Below the pieces are notes generated by a model that ran no database searches, had not been told where the DNA came from, and saw nothing but the letters and a program-made list of their open reading frames with translations. Both the position numbers and the translations under genes were made by a program. A stretch of DNA of 48,709 nt from Minisyncoccia bacterium (lineage in GTDB: Bacteria > Patescibacteriota > Minisyncoccia > Phycocordibacterales > UBA918): NCBI GenBank assembly GCA_046598345.1, contig JBKJIT010000003.1:222549-271257 (forward strand). Reading direction: 5' to 3'. Shown here in pieces: positions 1 through 9,691 of the stretch; positions within the stretch are counted from its first letter, which is position 1; every line of letters begins with the position of its first letter.

Positions 1-1
1 T

Positions 2-871
2 ATCAATCAAAGTGTGGATGCAACGAGGGAGCTTTTTTCAGAGCGCAACCACCGGCTCATTATGACGAAGGTCTGCGACGATTCTATATGGCTCGATGTT
101 GATCCAGTGCGCTTTGAGCAGGTTATCGTGAATATCTTAAATAATGCAGCGAAGTACACAGAGCCCGGCGGAGTCATTGAAATTAGTCATACGGTGTCTG
201 GAAACGTTGTTGAAGTTAGAGTCAAGGATAATGGTATTGGTATTGATACGAAGCATAGCGAACATATTTTTGAGTCCTTTTGGCAAATTAAAAATAGCCC
301 ACAGCATACCCGCGGTGGCATTGGTGTCGGTCTTGCACTCACAAAATACATTGTGGAAATCCAAGGCGGAACAATACAGGTGGAAAGTGAGGGATTGGGA
401 AAGGGGAGTACGTTTATTGTGCAAATGCCTGCACACTCTGTAAAGCAAGTAACTCCCCGCACACCCGGAATATATGGACAGGAGATCCCATCGTTCCGCA
501 TTTTTGTCGTAGATGATAACGAGGCTGCAGCAAAGGCGCTTGTTCGATTGTTTACCCTCAAGAATCATGAGGTAGCAATTGCACACTCGGGAGAGGAGGC
601 ACTTCGTAAGATTCCCGAGTTTAATCCAGAAATTATCCTTCTCGATATTGGTCTTCCAGATATGTCAGGGCATGATGTAGCGGGAAAATTAAAGGCAAGT
701 GGTTTTAAGGGCCGTATTATTGCACTTTCAGGATATGGCACAAAAGAGGATAAGGAGCGTGCACTCTCCTCTGGATTTGATCACCACATCACGAAGCCCA
801 TGTCGATCAATCACCTTGAAGAGTATTTGATAACCATTAAAGGTCCCGGTTCAGCAGGTACTGCATCTTAA
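2..871 (+). CDS. Hybrid sensor histidine kinase/response regulator, 5'-truncated (HATPase_c + receiver)
   Basis: N box (NILNNAAKYT), G1 (VKDNGIGI), F and G2 (GGIGVGL) boxes, then a receiver domain (VVDDN...LLDIGLPDMSG...KP). The frame is open to the window edge. Confidence 0.92.
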   Translation: MNQSVDATRELFSERNHRLIMTKVCDDSIWLDVDPVRFEQVIVNILNNAAKYTEPGGVIEISHTVSGNVVEVRVKDNGIGIDTKHSEHIFESFWQIKNSPQHTRGGIGVGLALTKYIVEIQGGTIQVESEGLGKGSTFIVQMPAHSVKQVTPRTPGIYGQEIPSFRIFVVDDNEAAAKALVRLFTLKNHEVAIAHSGEEALRKIPEFNPEIILLDIGLPDMSGHDVAGKLKASGFKGRIIALSGYGTKEDKERALSSGFDHHITKPMSINHLEEYLITIKGPGSAGTAS

Positions 872-946
872 AACCAACTCTCCACACGGGATTGCCCTAT
901 GTACCAGTAATTCGGCTGTTGTAACGTTTTGCCTCCTTGTACGGTA

Positions 947-982
947 TAGATAACAGCGAACACCTGTGTTCGCTGTTATCTA
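947..982. repeat. Perfect 17-bp inverted repeat (2-nt spacer); palindrome or terminator-like
   Basis: tagataacagcgaacac-ct-gtgttcgctgttatcta. Confidence 0.8.
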
Positions 983-1050
983 GTACAATAGCCCTTCTTT
1001 GGCAGGCTGTTGCAACGTAGGCATTATTTATACTAACGATTATATATTCC

Positions 1051-1425
1051 ATGAACACTAATGGTTTACTCATAGGTCTCCTTATGGTGGTAGTTTTTGG
1101 AGTGGGAGTGTACGTAGGACGGGTGACAGAGGGCACGCCGCTTTCATTTGGGGCAAATAGCTATAATAAAACGCAATCTGAAGAAAGCGGAACGATCCAA
1201 GGAACTGTTTCAAATGAGGGAGGGACTGCTTCTGAAATCGCAGTCACTGAGGGTCAAAGGAAGCTTCTTGCGGCGTTTGGCCTTGATGCAGACAGCGTCA
1301 CTATTACTCCAGCGATGATTGCATGCGGTGAAGCAAAATTAGGCGCTGCACGTATAGAAGCAATCAAGAATGGTGCAACACCAAGTTTCACCGAGGGAGC
1401 AAGTCTCGTTGCTTGTTACAAGTAA
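1051..1425 (+). CDS. Hypothetical membrane-anchored protein
   Basis: 124-aa ORF with an N-terminal hydrophobic helix and a C-terminal Cys pair. Confidence 0.75.
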   Translation: MNTNGLLIGLLMVVVFGVGVYVGRVTEGTPLSFGANSYNKTQSEESGTIQGTVSNEGGTASEIAVTEGQRKLLAAFGLDADSVTITPAMIACGEAKLGAARIEAIKNGATPSFTEGASLVACYK

Positions 1426-1496
1426 CATTCAGTATCACATCGCATCATGTACAGAATGAATGCAACTAAGAGTTATAAGTTTTAAAAAGTAACACT

Positions 1497-2108
1497 ATGG
1501 ATAACACAGGAAAAACAGTAGCAATTGTAATAGGTATTATTATTCTCGGCGCTCTTCTCTGGTCAGTGTTACGAGCACCTGACTCTACGACGAACGTATC
1601 TGTAACAGGTGACACAGACACCGTGACTCCAACAACAGGAACTCCAACAAACGACACGACTAGTGCAACGCCGAGTAACTCAGTTCTGCTTAGCGAATCT
1701 AACCCAGGAAGTGTAGTGACTGTTAGTAGTGCTGTACTCACAAAGCCGGGATACATTGTGATTTCAGCAATTAACGGAACAGGGGACAGTATCGGAGAAG
1801 CAAAACAGGTAGGACTTTCAAGTTTGTTACCAGCAGGATCGTACAAAAATATCCAAATCCAGTTAGCAGCTTCAACCACACAATCACAGACACTTGTGGC
1901 GGTTCTCTATCAGGATAATGGAAACGGTACCTTCAAACAGGGTGATGATGTGTACCTTTCAAATTCTAACGCACGCATCGTGAGCGATGTCGACGTAGTG
2001 GGTATGGCGCAAGCATCTGAGTCCGCAACACTGCAACTTCAGATTGAAACATTCATGGAGAAAAATTATCCTGCATCTACAACGGTAGGAGCAGGTTTGC
2101 CTGGCTAA
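1497..2108 (+). CDS. Membrane-anchored extracellular protein (Thr-rich linker + DUF7282-like domain)
   Basis: TM helix, T/P-rich linker, then VTVSSAVLTKPGYIVI...LVAVLYQDNGNGTF pattern. Confidence 0.7.
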   Translation: MDNTGKTVAIVIGIIILGALLWSVLRAPDSTTNVSVTGDTDTVTPTTGTPTNDTTSATPSNSVLLSESNPGSVVTVSSAVLTKPGYIVISAINGTGDSIGEAKQVGLSSLLPAGSYKNIQIQLAASTTQSQTLVAVLYQDNGNGTFKQGDDVYLSNSNARIVSDVDVVGMAQASESATLQLQIETFMEKNYPASTTVGAGLPG

Positions 2109-2147
2109 GTCTGAGCTCGGGGGAAGTTGGTAGGGAAGTAAGAAAAT

Positions 2148-2181
2148 GAAAAACCCGCCCCCATTTGGGGGCGGGTTTTTC
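2148..2181. terminator. Bidirectional intrinsic terminator between convergent genes
   Basis: gaaaaacccgccccc-attt-gggggcgggtttttc (15-bp stem, T tracts on both strands). Confidence 0.85.
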
Positions 2182-2200
2182 TAAACCCTACCTGTCACTT

Positions 2201-2572
2201 TTATTTAGGCGGAAATACGGAGTTCACGCCTTCTACTTTTGTACCTGGAGTTTTAAATTCAATTTTCTTTACGGGTTCTATCTTTGCGCCAGCAATTTTT
2301 TCACCTATAGGTCCTGGAGTAAGTGTTGCGGTATCTACTTGCACACCACTAGCTTTCCCGTCTACGGTGCCTACAGACATACGTTTCGATGCGCTCGCGA
2401 GATCCATGCTCAAATCAGCTGCTTTTGCGTCATGTCCATGCATCATGAGTGCCATTACGAGCGCCATCCCGCTTTTCAGTACAAACCTTGGACTTCCTTC
2501 CTTCGATAGAGACTTCTCCTCCTTCGAGGTTGCTCCTTCCGTAGTAGCTTTAGGTTTAAGGAATTCAAACAT
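2201..2572 (-). CDS. Hypothetical protein
   Basis: 123-aa ORF ending at the bidirectional terminator; internal signal-peptide-like segment (ALVMALMMHGHDAKA). Confidence 0.6.
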   Translation of the reverse strand: MFEFLKPKATTEGATSKEEKSLSKEGSPRFVLKSGMALVMALMMHGHDAKAADLSMDLASASKRMSVGTVDGKASGVQVDTATLTPGPIGEKIAGAKIEPVKKIEFKTPGTKVEGVNSVFPPK

Positions 2573-2604
2573 ACAAAATTATTTTAACTGATTTCTGTTT
2601 CTAA

Positions 2605-2868
2605 TTAGAGTAAGGATGCCATTTTCTGCTTCTCTTCGTCGATGAGTGTATCGATGTGGGACTCATCAAAAAATCGATTACTTTTCCGAAGGACGTCTTC
2701 GTAAAAATCGGGGAGCTCTTCTGGAAACGCTGAGAAGTGCTCTACAAAAATTTGTCGGAATTCTTCAGTCCCTTTTTCCAGCGCACCAACAATAACCATC
2801 TGCTCATTTTCGCTGAGGCGCGATGCGCGGAGTGCTGCTTTTGCTAAGTCTATCGAATTGTCTTGCAT
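2605..2868 (-). CDS. Hypothetical acidic helical protein
   Basis: 87-aa ORF with natural composition, co-oriented with the 2201-2572 gene. Confidence 0.6.
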   Translation of the reverse strand: MQDNSIDLAKAALRASRLSENEQMVIVGALEKGTEEFRQIFVEHFSAFPEELPDFYEDVLRKSNRFFDESHIDTLIDEEKQKMASLL

Positions 2869-3083
2869 ACCGTTGTGAATTAAATGTGTAGTGGACAGGA
2901 GTGCCTAGAACAATTATGGCAAATCATGAAAAAAGCGCAACGAACGTATCTTTTTGGGATTGATTCATCAGTGGTTCATTACAAATCCGTATGATAGGGG
3001 ATCAAAGGTCGCCCCAGACACACGTCATGTGTAGTGTGGGGAAAGTGAAATTATAAATATAAAGTAACGTAGTAATTACTTCT

Positions 3084-3215
3084 ATGCCTAACAACAACAA
3101 GAACAATAACGGCAACAGCAACAACAATTCGAATTCTTCCAAGGACACAAAGGATCGAGATAATCGTACTAAGGGGAGCCAGAACCGCCAGGGCGGTAAT
3201 AGTAGTAATAAATAA
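3084..3215 (+). CDS. Asn/Ser/Gly-rich 43-aa microprotein
   Basis: MPNNNKNNNGNSNNNSNSSKDTKDRDNRTKGSQNRQGGNSSNK*; below the ORF-track cutoff and followed by a long hairpin. Confidence 0.5.
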   Translation: MPNNNKNNNGNSNNNSNSSKDTKDRDNRTKGSQNRQGGNSSNK

Positions 3216-3260
3216 TCCACCAGTACGATCAACCTGAACTATTGAAATACATTCCTACAT

Positions 3261-3308
3261 ATACCAACAAAGAAAGTGCGGGACATCCCGCACTTTCTTT
3301 GTTGGTAT
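3261..3308. repeat. Perfect 23-bp inverted repeat (2-nt spacer)
   Basis: ataccaacaaagaaagtgcggga-ca-tcccgcactttctttgttggtat. Confidence 0.9.
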
Positions 3309-3472
3309 GACAATCTTCATAATTCTTTCATTCAGTTCAGGGTAGGATGTCCTGGCTCAGAGGAGGTTAGCAGAGAGACATCTAATATTTTTGAGACTTT
3401 TCACAGTATTGAAGTCTCACAGAACTCTCTTGCCTGAATCCTACATTATCAGGTAGCAACCTACACATTAGT

Positions 3473-3709
3473 ATGAGTCAAAAAGTTAGCACCGTCGTTA
3501 ATCCGGTCGAGATCTATATGTATCTTCAAGGGGCACACTATCCCATTAGTAAAGCGGACCTCATTGAAGTTGCTGCAGATAATGGTGCCGACCGTGAAGT
3601 ACTCGACACGCTCCACGATCTTCCAAGCAGTGACTATTTCAGTCTTTCTGATGTGATGCATGAAATTTCTGTTCTCGAACTACAAGACGAGGAAGGATCG
3701 TGGTGGTAA
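3473..3709 (+). CDS. DUF2795 family protein
   Basis: YLQGAHYPISKADLIEVAADNGAD..VLDTLHDLP...Y pattern. Confidence 0.8.
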   Translation: MSQKVSTVVNPVEIYMYLQGAHYPISKADLIEVAADNGADREVLDTLHDLPSSDYFSLSDVMHEISVLELQDEEGSWW

Positions 3710-3770
3710 AGAGTGCCCTTTGAACAGGCCGATCTCTAATTATTAAATTTTGTAATACACAAACATATAT

Positions 3771-4325
3771 ATGGAAAAAGTTGTAATGGGAACATTTGAT
3801 TCACTCGCAGATTCAGAGAAGTTAATTGAGTATATTAAGAATGAACTCGCAGTTGGGGATGCAGATATTTCCTATATCTATCGAAATAGTAAAGGAAAGA
3901 TCGAAGAAGTGAGTGACGGAGAAGTGACCAATGCCGGTGAAGGTGCTGCAACTGGTGCGGTTGTGGGAGGCTCAATTGGTGCGCTTGCTGGTCTCGCGAC
4001 TATTGCAGGAATTATTCCTGTTATTGGCCCTATTTTCGCCGCTGGAACACTCATTTCTGCGCTTGGCATTAGTACTGCAGGTGCGGTAGGAGCAACTGCT
4101 GCAGGAGCGCTTACGGGCGCAATTGCGGGAAGTATCATTGGTGCTCTTACAAATCTCGGTGTGGGAGAAAATGAAGCAAAGATATATGAGCAACGGGTTG
4201 AAGCGGGGGATGTGTTAGTGATGATTGAAACGGATGAGGAGAATCAGTCTGACATTGAGCAGGCGCTTACGAAGTTTGGGGCGGAGACAGTCCAAGTTTT
4301 CTCACCAAAAGTAGCCTACGCTTAG
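3771..4325 (+). CDS. General-stress-type membrane protein with glycine zipper (YflT/DUF1269-like)
   Basis: GAATGAVVGG...IPVIGPIFAAG...GAIAGSIIGALTNLGV...AKIYEQRVEAGDVLV. Confidence 0.75.
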   Translation: MEKVVMGTFDSLADSEKLIEYIKNELAVGDADISYIYRNSKGKIEEVSDGEVTNAGEGAATGAVVGGSIGALAGLATIAGIIPVIGPIFAAGTLISALGISTAGAVGATAAGALTGAIAGSIIGALTNLGVGENEAKIYEQRVEAGDVLVMIETDEENQSDIEQALTKFGAETVQVFSPKVAYA

Positions 4326-4339
4326 AACATATTTTAATT

Positions 4340-4430
4340 CCCCAGCTACTTTGTTGTTTTCGTCATTCGAAACTTCATCGTAACAGTAGTACGTCTCAGT
4401 TTTTCATTCCTCAACGCCTCGTATCTGGGG
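4340..4430. repeat. Structured intergenic element, copy A (81-nt core 4346-4426)
   Basis: CTACTTTGT-4-TTCGTCATT-6-TTCATCGTA-7-TACGTCTCA-19-CTCGTATCT inside ccccag/ctgggg arms. Confidence 0.85.
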
Positions 4431-4448
4431 TTTACAATAAGTTCTCCA

Positions 4449-4496
4449 AATGAACTCAAGAAAATCCTGCATTAGCAGGATTTTCTTGAGTTCATT
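4449..4496. repeat. Perfect 22-bp inverted repeat (4-nt loop)
   Basis: aatgaactcaagaaaatcctgc-atta-gcaggattttcttgagttcatt. Confidence 0.9.
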
Positions 4497-4513
4497 CAGT
4501 ACACTCTACGTTT

Positions 4514-4522
4514 TGGTATACT
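4514..4522 (+). promoter_or_regulatory. Extended -10 box 7 nt before the rarA ATG (leaderless-type)
   Basis: TGG-TATACT-caaacta-ATG. Confidence 0.6.
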
Positions 4523-4529
4523 CAAACTA

Positions 4530-5696
4530 ATGGAACCACTCGCTTCAAAAATGAGGCCGCTAGCTCTTACTGACTTTATCGGGCAAGAACACCTTGTTGG
4601 TGAGGGGATGCCTCTCAATGTTGCGATTAGGGATAAGCATCTTTTTTCCTTTATTCTCTGGGGACCACCAGGCGTAGGGAAAACGACGCTGGCGCGCATC
4701 TACGCAAAAAGTGTCCATGCATCCTTTCATGAACTCTCAGCTGTCTCTGCAGGAAAAGACGATATTCGAAAGATCGTTGCTACACCCTCCGATCTTCCCG
4801 GGCAACCCAAAATTCTGTTCCTTGATGAGATTCATAGATTTAATAAGGCACAGCAGGATTTCCTCCTTCCGTATGTCGAGTCAGGTGCACTCACGCTCGT
4901 TGGTGCAACGACAGAAAACCCAAGCTTTGAGGTGATCGCGCCACTCCTTTCTCGTACACGCGTGTTCGTATTGAAAGAACTTACGCTCGAGGAAATGAAA
5001 GAAGTGATCAAGCGAAGTGCGAAGCGCGCGAATATACAAATACATGCAAAAGCAATCTCCTGGCTCGCAGAAGTGGGAAACGGAGATGCGAGACAGGCAC
5101 TCTCAATGCTCGAGGCTGTGCATGCGCTCTACGGAAACGTAACAGTGGAGAGTCTGGAGGAAACGCTCGAGAAGCGATTCCTCCGGTACGACAAGAAAGG
5201 TGAAGAGCACTACAACACCATTTCAGCATTCATTAAGAGCATGCGAGCATCGCAACCGGACGCAGCGCTCTATTACCTTGCGCGCATGATTAAGGCGGGC
5301 GAAGATCCTAAGTTTATTGCGAGACGCATGGTTATTTTTGCGAGCGAAGATATTGGACTTGCTCAACCCACTGCGCTTGTCGTTGCGAATGCTGTCTTTG
5401 ATGCCGTCGATCGCATCGGCCTGCCCGAAGCCCTCGTTAATCTAGGTCATGGGGTTACCTATCTTGCGCTTGCAAAGAAAGATCGGAGTGCCTACGACGC
5501 AACGATGCTCGCGATGAGTGATGTTGAGAAATACGGCAACCTACCAGTTCCACTACTCATACGTAATGCTCCAACAAAACTCATGAAAGAATTAGGGTAC
5601 CACAAAGGGTATGAACTCTACACGAAAGAAGAGCTCCTCCCAGAAAAACTGAAAGGAAAGAAATATTTTAAGAAGCCTAAAGAGGAGGGGAAATAG
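4530..5696 (+). CDS. rarA: Replication-associated recombination protein A (MgsA/RarA AAA+ ATPase)
   Basis: GPPGVGKTT Walker [54 protein letters not shown]. Confidence 0.96.
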   Translation: MEPLASKMRPLALTDFIGQEHLVGEGMPLNVAIRDKHLFSFILWGPPGVGKTTLARIYAKSVHASFHELSAVSAGKDDIRKIVATPSDLPGQPKILFLDEIHRFNKAQQDFLLPYVESGALTLVGATTENPSFEVIAPLLSRTRVFVLKELTLEEMKEVIKRSAKRANIQIHAKAISWLAEVGNGDARQALSMLEAVHALYGNVTVESLEETLEKRFLRYDKKGEEHYNTISAFIKSMRASQPDAALYYLARMIKAGEDPKFIARRMVIFASEDIGLAQPTALVVANAVFDAVDRIGLPEALVNLGHGVTYLALAKKDRSAYDATMLAMSDVEKYGNLPVPLLIRNAPTKLMKELGYHKGYELYTKEELLPEKLKGKKYFKKPKEEGK

Positions 5697-6330
5697 GTTT
5701 TTCCTTTTTTCGTCGTTTCATATACACGAAGAGCAGGCCGAGGATTATGGTAAGGAGTGCAAGTCCCTGAATGATGGATTCGAGTGACGATGAACCTTCG
5801 ATAAGCGTTCCGAGGTACGCAGTTCCCATAAAACCAAAGTAGAGATAAAAAATATCACGGAAGATTGTGCCAATCATGGTACACACTATATAGAGCTTTA
5901 GCGGAACTTTAAGGAGCCCACACCCAATAGAGACCAGTGTGCTCGGTACAAAGGGAAGTGTGCGAAAGAGCGTGAGGAGAAAGTAATCACGGTATCCTCC
6001 TGTGAGGCGGGTTCTAAATTTCTCAATATCAGCATAGGTCACACCGAAAAATCCTCCAAATTTTCCCATAACAACTTCCTCCAGTTTCCCAGAAACAAAA
6101 TAAATGAAGAGGGCTCCGACTGTTTTTCCGAGCGCTGCAATAACAGAAAGTAACAGGAGGTCTGCAATCGTCATTCCTTGAAGAGAAGCAACAGTTCCTG
6201 CAATAATCATTACCGCGGGGGAGGGAATTGGAGCAATCACTTCTTCAACGAGCGACGCGACAAAGGAAAACAGTGGAAGGGGGAGTGTATCCGCATAGGA
6301 GAGAAGAATCTCCTCAAGGTGAGTGAACAT
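5677..6330 (-). CDS. DedA/VTT family membrane protein
   Basis: EEVIAPIPSPAVMIIAG...ALGKTVGA...FRTLPFVP pattern; start set at MFTHLEE, 6 nt after a TATACT box. Confidence 0.85.
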   Translation of the reverse strand: MFTHLEEILLSYADTLPLPLFSFVASLVEEVIAPIPSPAVMIIAGTVASLQGMTIADLLLLSVIAALGKTVGALFIYFVSGKLEEVVMGKFGGFFGVTYADIEKFRTRLTGGYRDYFLLTLFRTLPFVPSTLVSIGCGLLKVPLKLYIVCTMIGTIFRDIFYLYFGFMGTAYLGTLIEGSSSLESIIQGLALLTIILGLLFVYMKRRKKEKPISPPL

Positions 6331-6386
6331 GTCTCTAGTATATACACAGAAAGCCAAAAATGGGCATAATGATATACTCTATCTAT

Positions 6387-7010
6387 ATGAAACACACAGG
6401 ATTGATCGTAGTTTTACTCGGGGCACTCCTCCTTCTCTTTGTGATGTTTGGAGGAAGTCGTGAAGTAACGGCACCCACAGCGGAGGAAATAGGTGGGAAT
6501 GAAACTCCTTCTCTTGAGCCCGAAATGATAGTCGTGCAACGTCCCGCACTCCAATTTGAGTTTGGGTACCGAAAAGAACCTAATGGATATGTGCTCGAAG
6601 AAAGACTGCCCAAGCTAGGAGATGACGTTAATTTCCTTGGATTATTCGGTCTTATACGTGAAGTAGATTTTAAAGAATTACAAAAAAGCACTGAGGGACG
6701 AGATGGTCCACCAGCCATTACGCTTCAAGCATATAAGAATCCTCTCAACCAGTTTGCAAGACAGTGGGCAGACCAGAATTCTCGATTTTCAAACATTAAT
6801 TTAATACGGGGGGAAGTAGAAGAAGCTATAGTAGGTGGGGCAAATGCAATCCGATATACCGTTGATGGACTTTATGCCATGGACACAGTAGTAATTACGC
6901 ATGGCGGAAATGTGTACGTTGTTTCCGGTGGTTACATTGATATCGATTCGGAGATTCACACGGACTTCCAAAAAATTCTAGATTCAATTACGTTTATACC
7001 CGAAGCCTAG
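6387..7010 (+). CDS. Membrane-anchored hypothetical protein (PsbP-like beta fold possible)
   Basis: N-terminal TM helix; C-terminal VGGANAIRYT...FQKILDSITF pattern. Confidence 0.7.
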   Translation: MKHTGLIVVLLGALLLLFVMFGGSREVTAPTAEEIGGNETPSLEPEMIVVQRPALQFEFGYRKEPNGYVLEERLPKLGDDVNFLGLFGLIREVDFKELQKSTEGRDGPPAITLQAYKNPLNQFARQWADQNSRFSNINLIRGEVEEAIVGGANAIRYTVDGLYAMDTVVITHGGNVYVVSGGYIDIDSEIHTDFQKILDSITFIPEA

Positions 7011-7050
7011 TATACTTAGCGTCCAATTATTTTTTAAGCGATACTTTTTT

Positions 7051-7569
7051 ATGCACCCAACCTATTACGATCTTACCGTCCCATTTTTCACTTCGCACCT
7101 CGAAAGTCTCGCTGCGTTTCTAAAGAAAGGTGAGGAAACACTCAAAGCCAAAGGAATGTCTGATGAAGATATTCTTAAGCTCGCCATACATCCCGATATG
7201 TTTCCACTCGTGAAGCAAATCCAAATAGCAACTGATAATGCGAAGGGAGCCTGCACACGGCTCGCAGATATTTCGGCTCCAGTTTTTGAAGATACCGAAA
7301 CTGCGTTGGGAGAACTGTACACCCGTATTGAAAAGACGATCGCCTTTCTAGGGACACTCTCAAAAGAACAATTTGACGGAGCAGCGGAACGCACGACGGT
7401 TGTAAAGTATTACCCCGGCAAGCATTTCAACTGCCATGAGTACCTGATGGAATACGGCATCCCGAACTTTCTGTTCCATGTCACGACTGCGTATTGCATC
7501 CTTCGGAAAGAAGGTGTAGCTATAGGAAAAGCTGACTTCTTAGGTAAACTCTCACTCCACGACGATTAA
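7051..7569 (+). CDS. DUF1993 family protein (DinB-like)
   Basis: PDMFPLVKQIQIATDNAKG, IPNFLFHVTTAYCILRKEGVAIGKADFLG. Confidence 0.9.
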   Translation: MHPTYYDLTVPFFTSHLESLAAFLKKGEETLKAKGMSDEDILKLAIHPDMFPLVKQIQIATDNAKGACTRLADISAPVFEDTETALGELYTRIEKTIAFLGTLSKEQFDGAAERTTVVKYYPGKHFNCHEYLMEYGIPNFLFHVTTAYCILRKEGVAIGKADFLGKLSLHDD

Positions 7570-7586
7570 ATTGACTATTTTCACCA

Positions 7587-7619
7587 AGAAAAACACCAGG
7601 CTCCGCCTGGTGTTTTTCT
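7587..7619 (+). terminator. Intrinsic terminator
   Basis: agaaaaacaccaggc-tcc-gcctggtgtttttct. Confidence 0.8.
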
Positions 7620-7700
7620 AAATATGAAGAAGAAATTTTGTGCGAAGTGTAACGGCTAGAGACGTACATCGGACCTTAAGAGTTTAGTTTTATATATTCT

Positions 7701-9680
7701 ATGTTTAATCACCTCAAATTACTGAGCTTTACAAGTATCACCATGGTACTTGTCGCTTTTGTATATATTCAAATTTTACAGCCTTCATACGTTAGAGCCC
7801 AAAGTTCTGTTGAATTGGATGTTGAGATTCAAAAAAATGTTGCTGGACAACTTCCTCCAGGCTACGAAGAAACCCAGTTTGCATTTGTAGTGTCTGGTCC
7901 AGGATTCACCCAGGATGTTTATGTGACTCCCGATGGACCTAAATTCACAGCGACACTTCCATTGTCAGATGGAACATATACCATCACTGAGATTGGACCA
8001 GCTGGTTTTAATCCAGATGACTGGGAGGTGCAATGGAGTGGCGCATGTAAGCAGAGCGACTCAAATCAATTTGAGGCGACGTTTGTAGTTGCTCCAAATC
8101 ATAATAATGAGTTGGGAGATCAGCCGTGTAGAGCTAAAAATAAATGGCGTCCAGAAAAAGAAGATAATGGCGGTGGGGGTACTAGCACAGCAACACTCAA
8201 TGTGACGAAAGTGATTGTGGGTACCACAACGGTTCCTGCAAATGCCTTTTCATTCTCATACAGTGGCACAGATTCTGGAACTCACACGTTTGAAGCTGAT
8301 GGTACAAATATTCTCACACTCAACAAAGGGACCTATTCTGTGACTGAAAATCCTGCTCAGGGATACGTAACAACGTATAATAATTGCTCAAATATAAACC
8401 TTACATCAGGGGCTACATCAACGTGTGTTATTACGAACACCGCAACTTCAACTGGGAGTGGTGGAGGCGGTGGTACAGCGACAGGGACTCTTCTGGTTAC
8501 AAAAGAAATTGTTGGTACGACTACCGTTCCAGTAACCAATTTCGCATTCACCTATACGGGAGCACCAGGAAATATTAATTTTGAATCGGATGGGACGAAC
8601 ACACTGAAGCTCCCTGCGGGGACTTACTCGGTAACCGAATCGCCGCTTCGTCCTGGATATACTGTTTCCTATAACAATTGTTCCAGCATAACCATATTGG
8701 CAGGTGCTACAACCACGTGTGTCATAACGAACACGGCCACAACTTCGACTGGAGGAGGGGGTAACGGCACCGCAACTGGAACCCTACATGTAACAAAAGT
8801 GATTGTAGGAACAACAACTGTGCCTACTACGGCATTTTCCTTCTCATATAGTGGAACAAGCACAGGAGCTCATGCATTTGAGGCTGACGGAACTAATACT
8901 CTTGCACTTCCGGTTGGAACATACTCCATCACTGAAAATGCAGCTCCCGGATACCTAACAACATACCAAAACTGCTCCAATATATCCCTAACGTCTGGAG
9001 CTACAACTACCTGCACAATCACCAACACTGCAACCTTAGCGGGAGGCGGGGGTGCCGCAACGGGAACCTTACGTGTGTCAAAAGTTATTATGGGCACAAC
9101 TACTGTTTCTACCACTAACTTTTCCTTCACCTATACGGGAGGCGGAAACATAAGCTTTGAAGCCGATGGTACAAATGTCCTCCAGCTGCCTGTTGGTATC
9201 TATAGTGTGTCCGAGTCTTCTATTCCGGCGGGATACCTAGCTTTATACAACAATTGCTCAAACCTTGTAATTGCCGCGAATGCGACGACAACTTGTATTA
9301 TCACAAATACTGCTACCACTAGCGGAGGTTCTTCAACGACGGGAACTATTGTAGGTAATGTAGATGGTTCTTCAACCTCTACAGCGGGAACTATTAGCGG
9401 AGAAGTTACGGATGACGACGAAAATGATACTGGTGGAGGCGGGGGCGGTGGTGGACGACGATCGTCGGGCGGGGGAGGTGGCGATGACGACGATGATGAT
9501 GACGATAGTTCGGGAGGTGGTGGAGGCGGAGCAACTCCTGAAGTCCTTGGTGAAAGTACCAGTGTGACTCCATTAGGTGCTCCAAATACAGGAGGTGGTG
9601 GAACTTCACCTCAACAATTGCCTCAGATTCAAACCTTATTCGCTATCCTCTCCGGAAACAGGATACATATTCGGAAGTAA
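7701..9680 (+). CDS. Secreted surface protein 1: four CnaB/SpaA-like repeats, Gly/Asp-rich linker, APNTG sorting-like motif
   Basis: Signal or TM at the N-terminus; 4 repeats of L.V.K..GT.YS.TE...GY...Y.NC....C.ITN; C-terminal PEVLGESTSVTPLGAPNTGGGG. Confidence 0.85.
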   Translation: MFNHLKLLSFTSITMVLVAFVYIQILQPSYVRAQSSVELDVEIQKNVAGQLPPGYEETQFAFVVSGPGFTQDVYVTPDGPKFTATLPLSDGTYTITEIGPAGFNPDDWEVQWSGACKQSDSNQFEATFVVAPNHNNELGDQPCRAKNKWRPEKEDNGGGGTSTATLNVTKVIVGTTTVPANAFSFSYSGTDSGTHTFEADGTNILTLNKGTYSVTENPAQGYVTTYNNCSNINLTSGATSTCVITNTATSTGSGGGGGTATGTLLVTKEIVGTTTVPVTNFAFTYTGAPGNINFESDGTNTLKLPAGTYSVTESPLRPGYTVSYNNCSSITILAGATTTCVITNTATTSTGGGGNGTATGTLHVTKVIVGTTTVPTTAFSFSYSGTSTGAHAFEADGTNTLALPVGTYSITENAAPGYLTTYQNCSNISLTSGATTTCTITNTATLAGGGGAATGTLRVSKVIMGTTTVSTTNFSFTYTGGGNISFEADGTNVLQLPVGIYSVSESSIPAGYLALYNNCSNLVIAANATTTCIITNTATTSGGSSTTGTIVGNVDGSSTSTAGTISGEVTDDDENDTGGGGGGGGRRSSGGGGGDDDDDDDDSSGGGGGGATPEVLGESTSVTPLGAPNTGGGGTSPQQLPQIQTLFAILSGNRIHIRK

Positions 9681-9691
9681 GATAGGAGACT

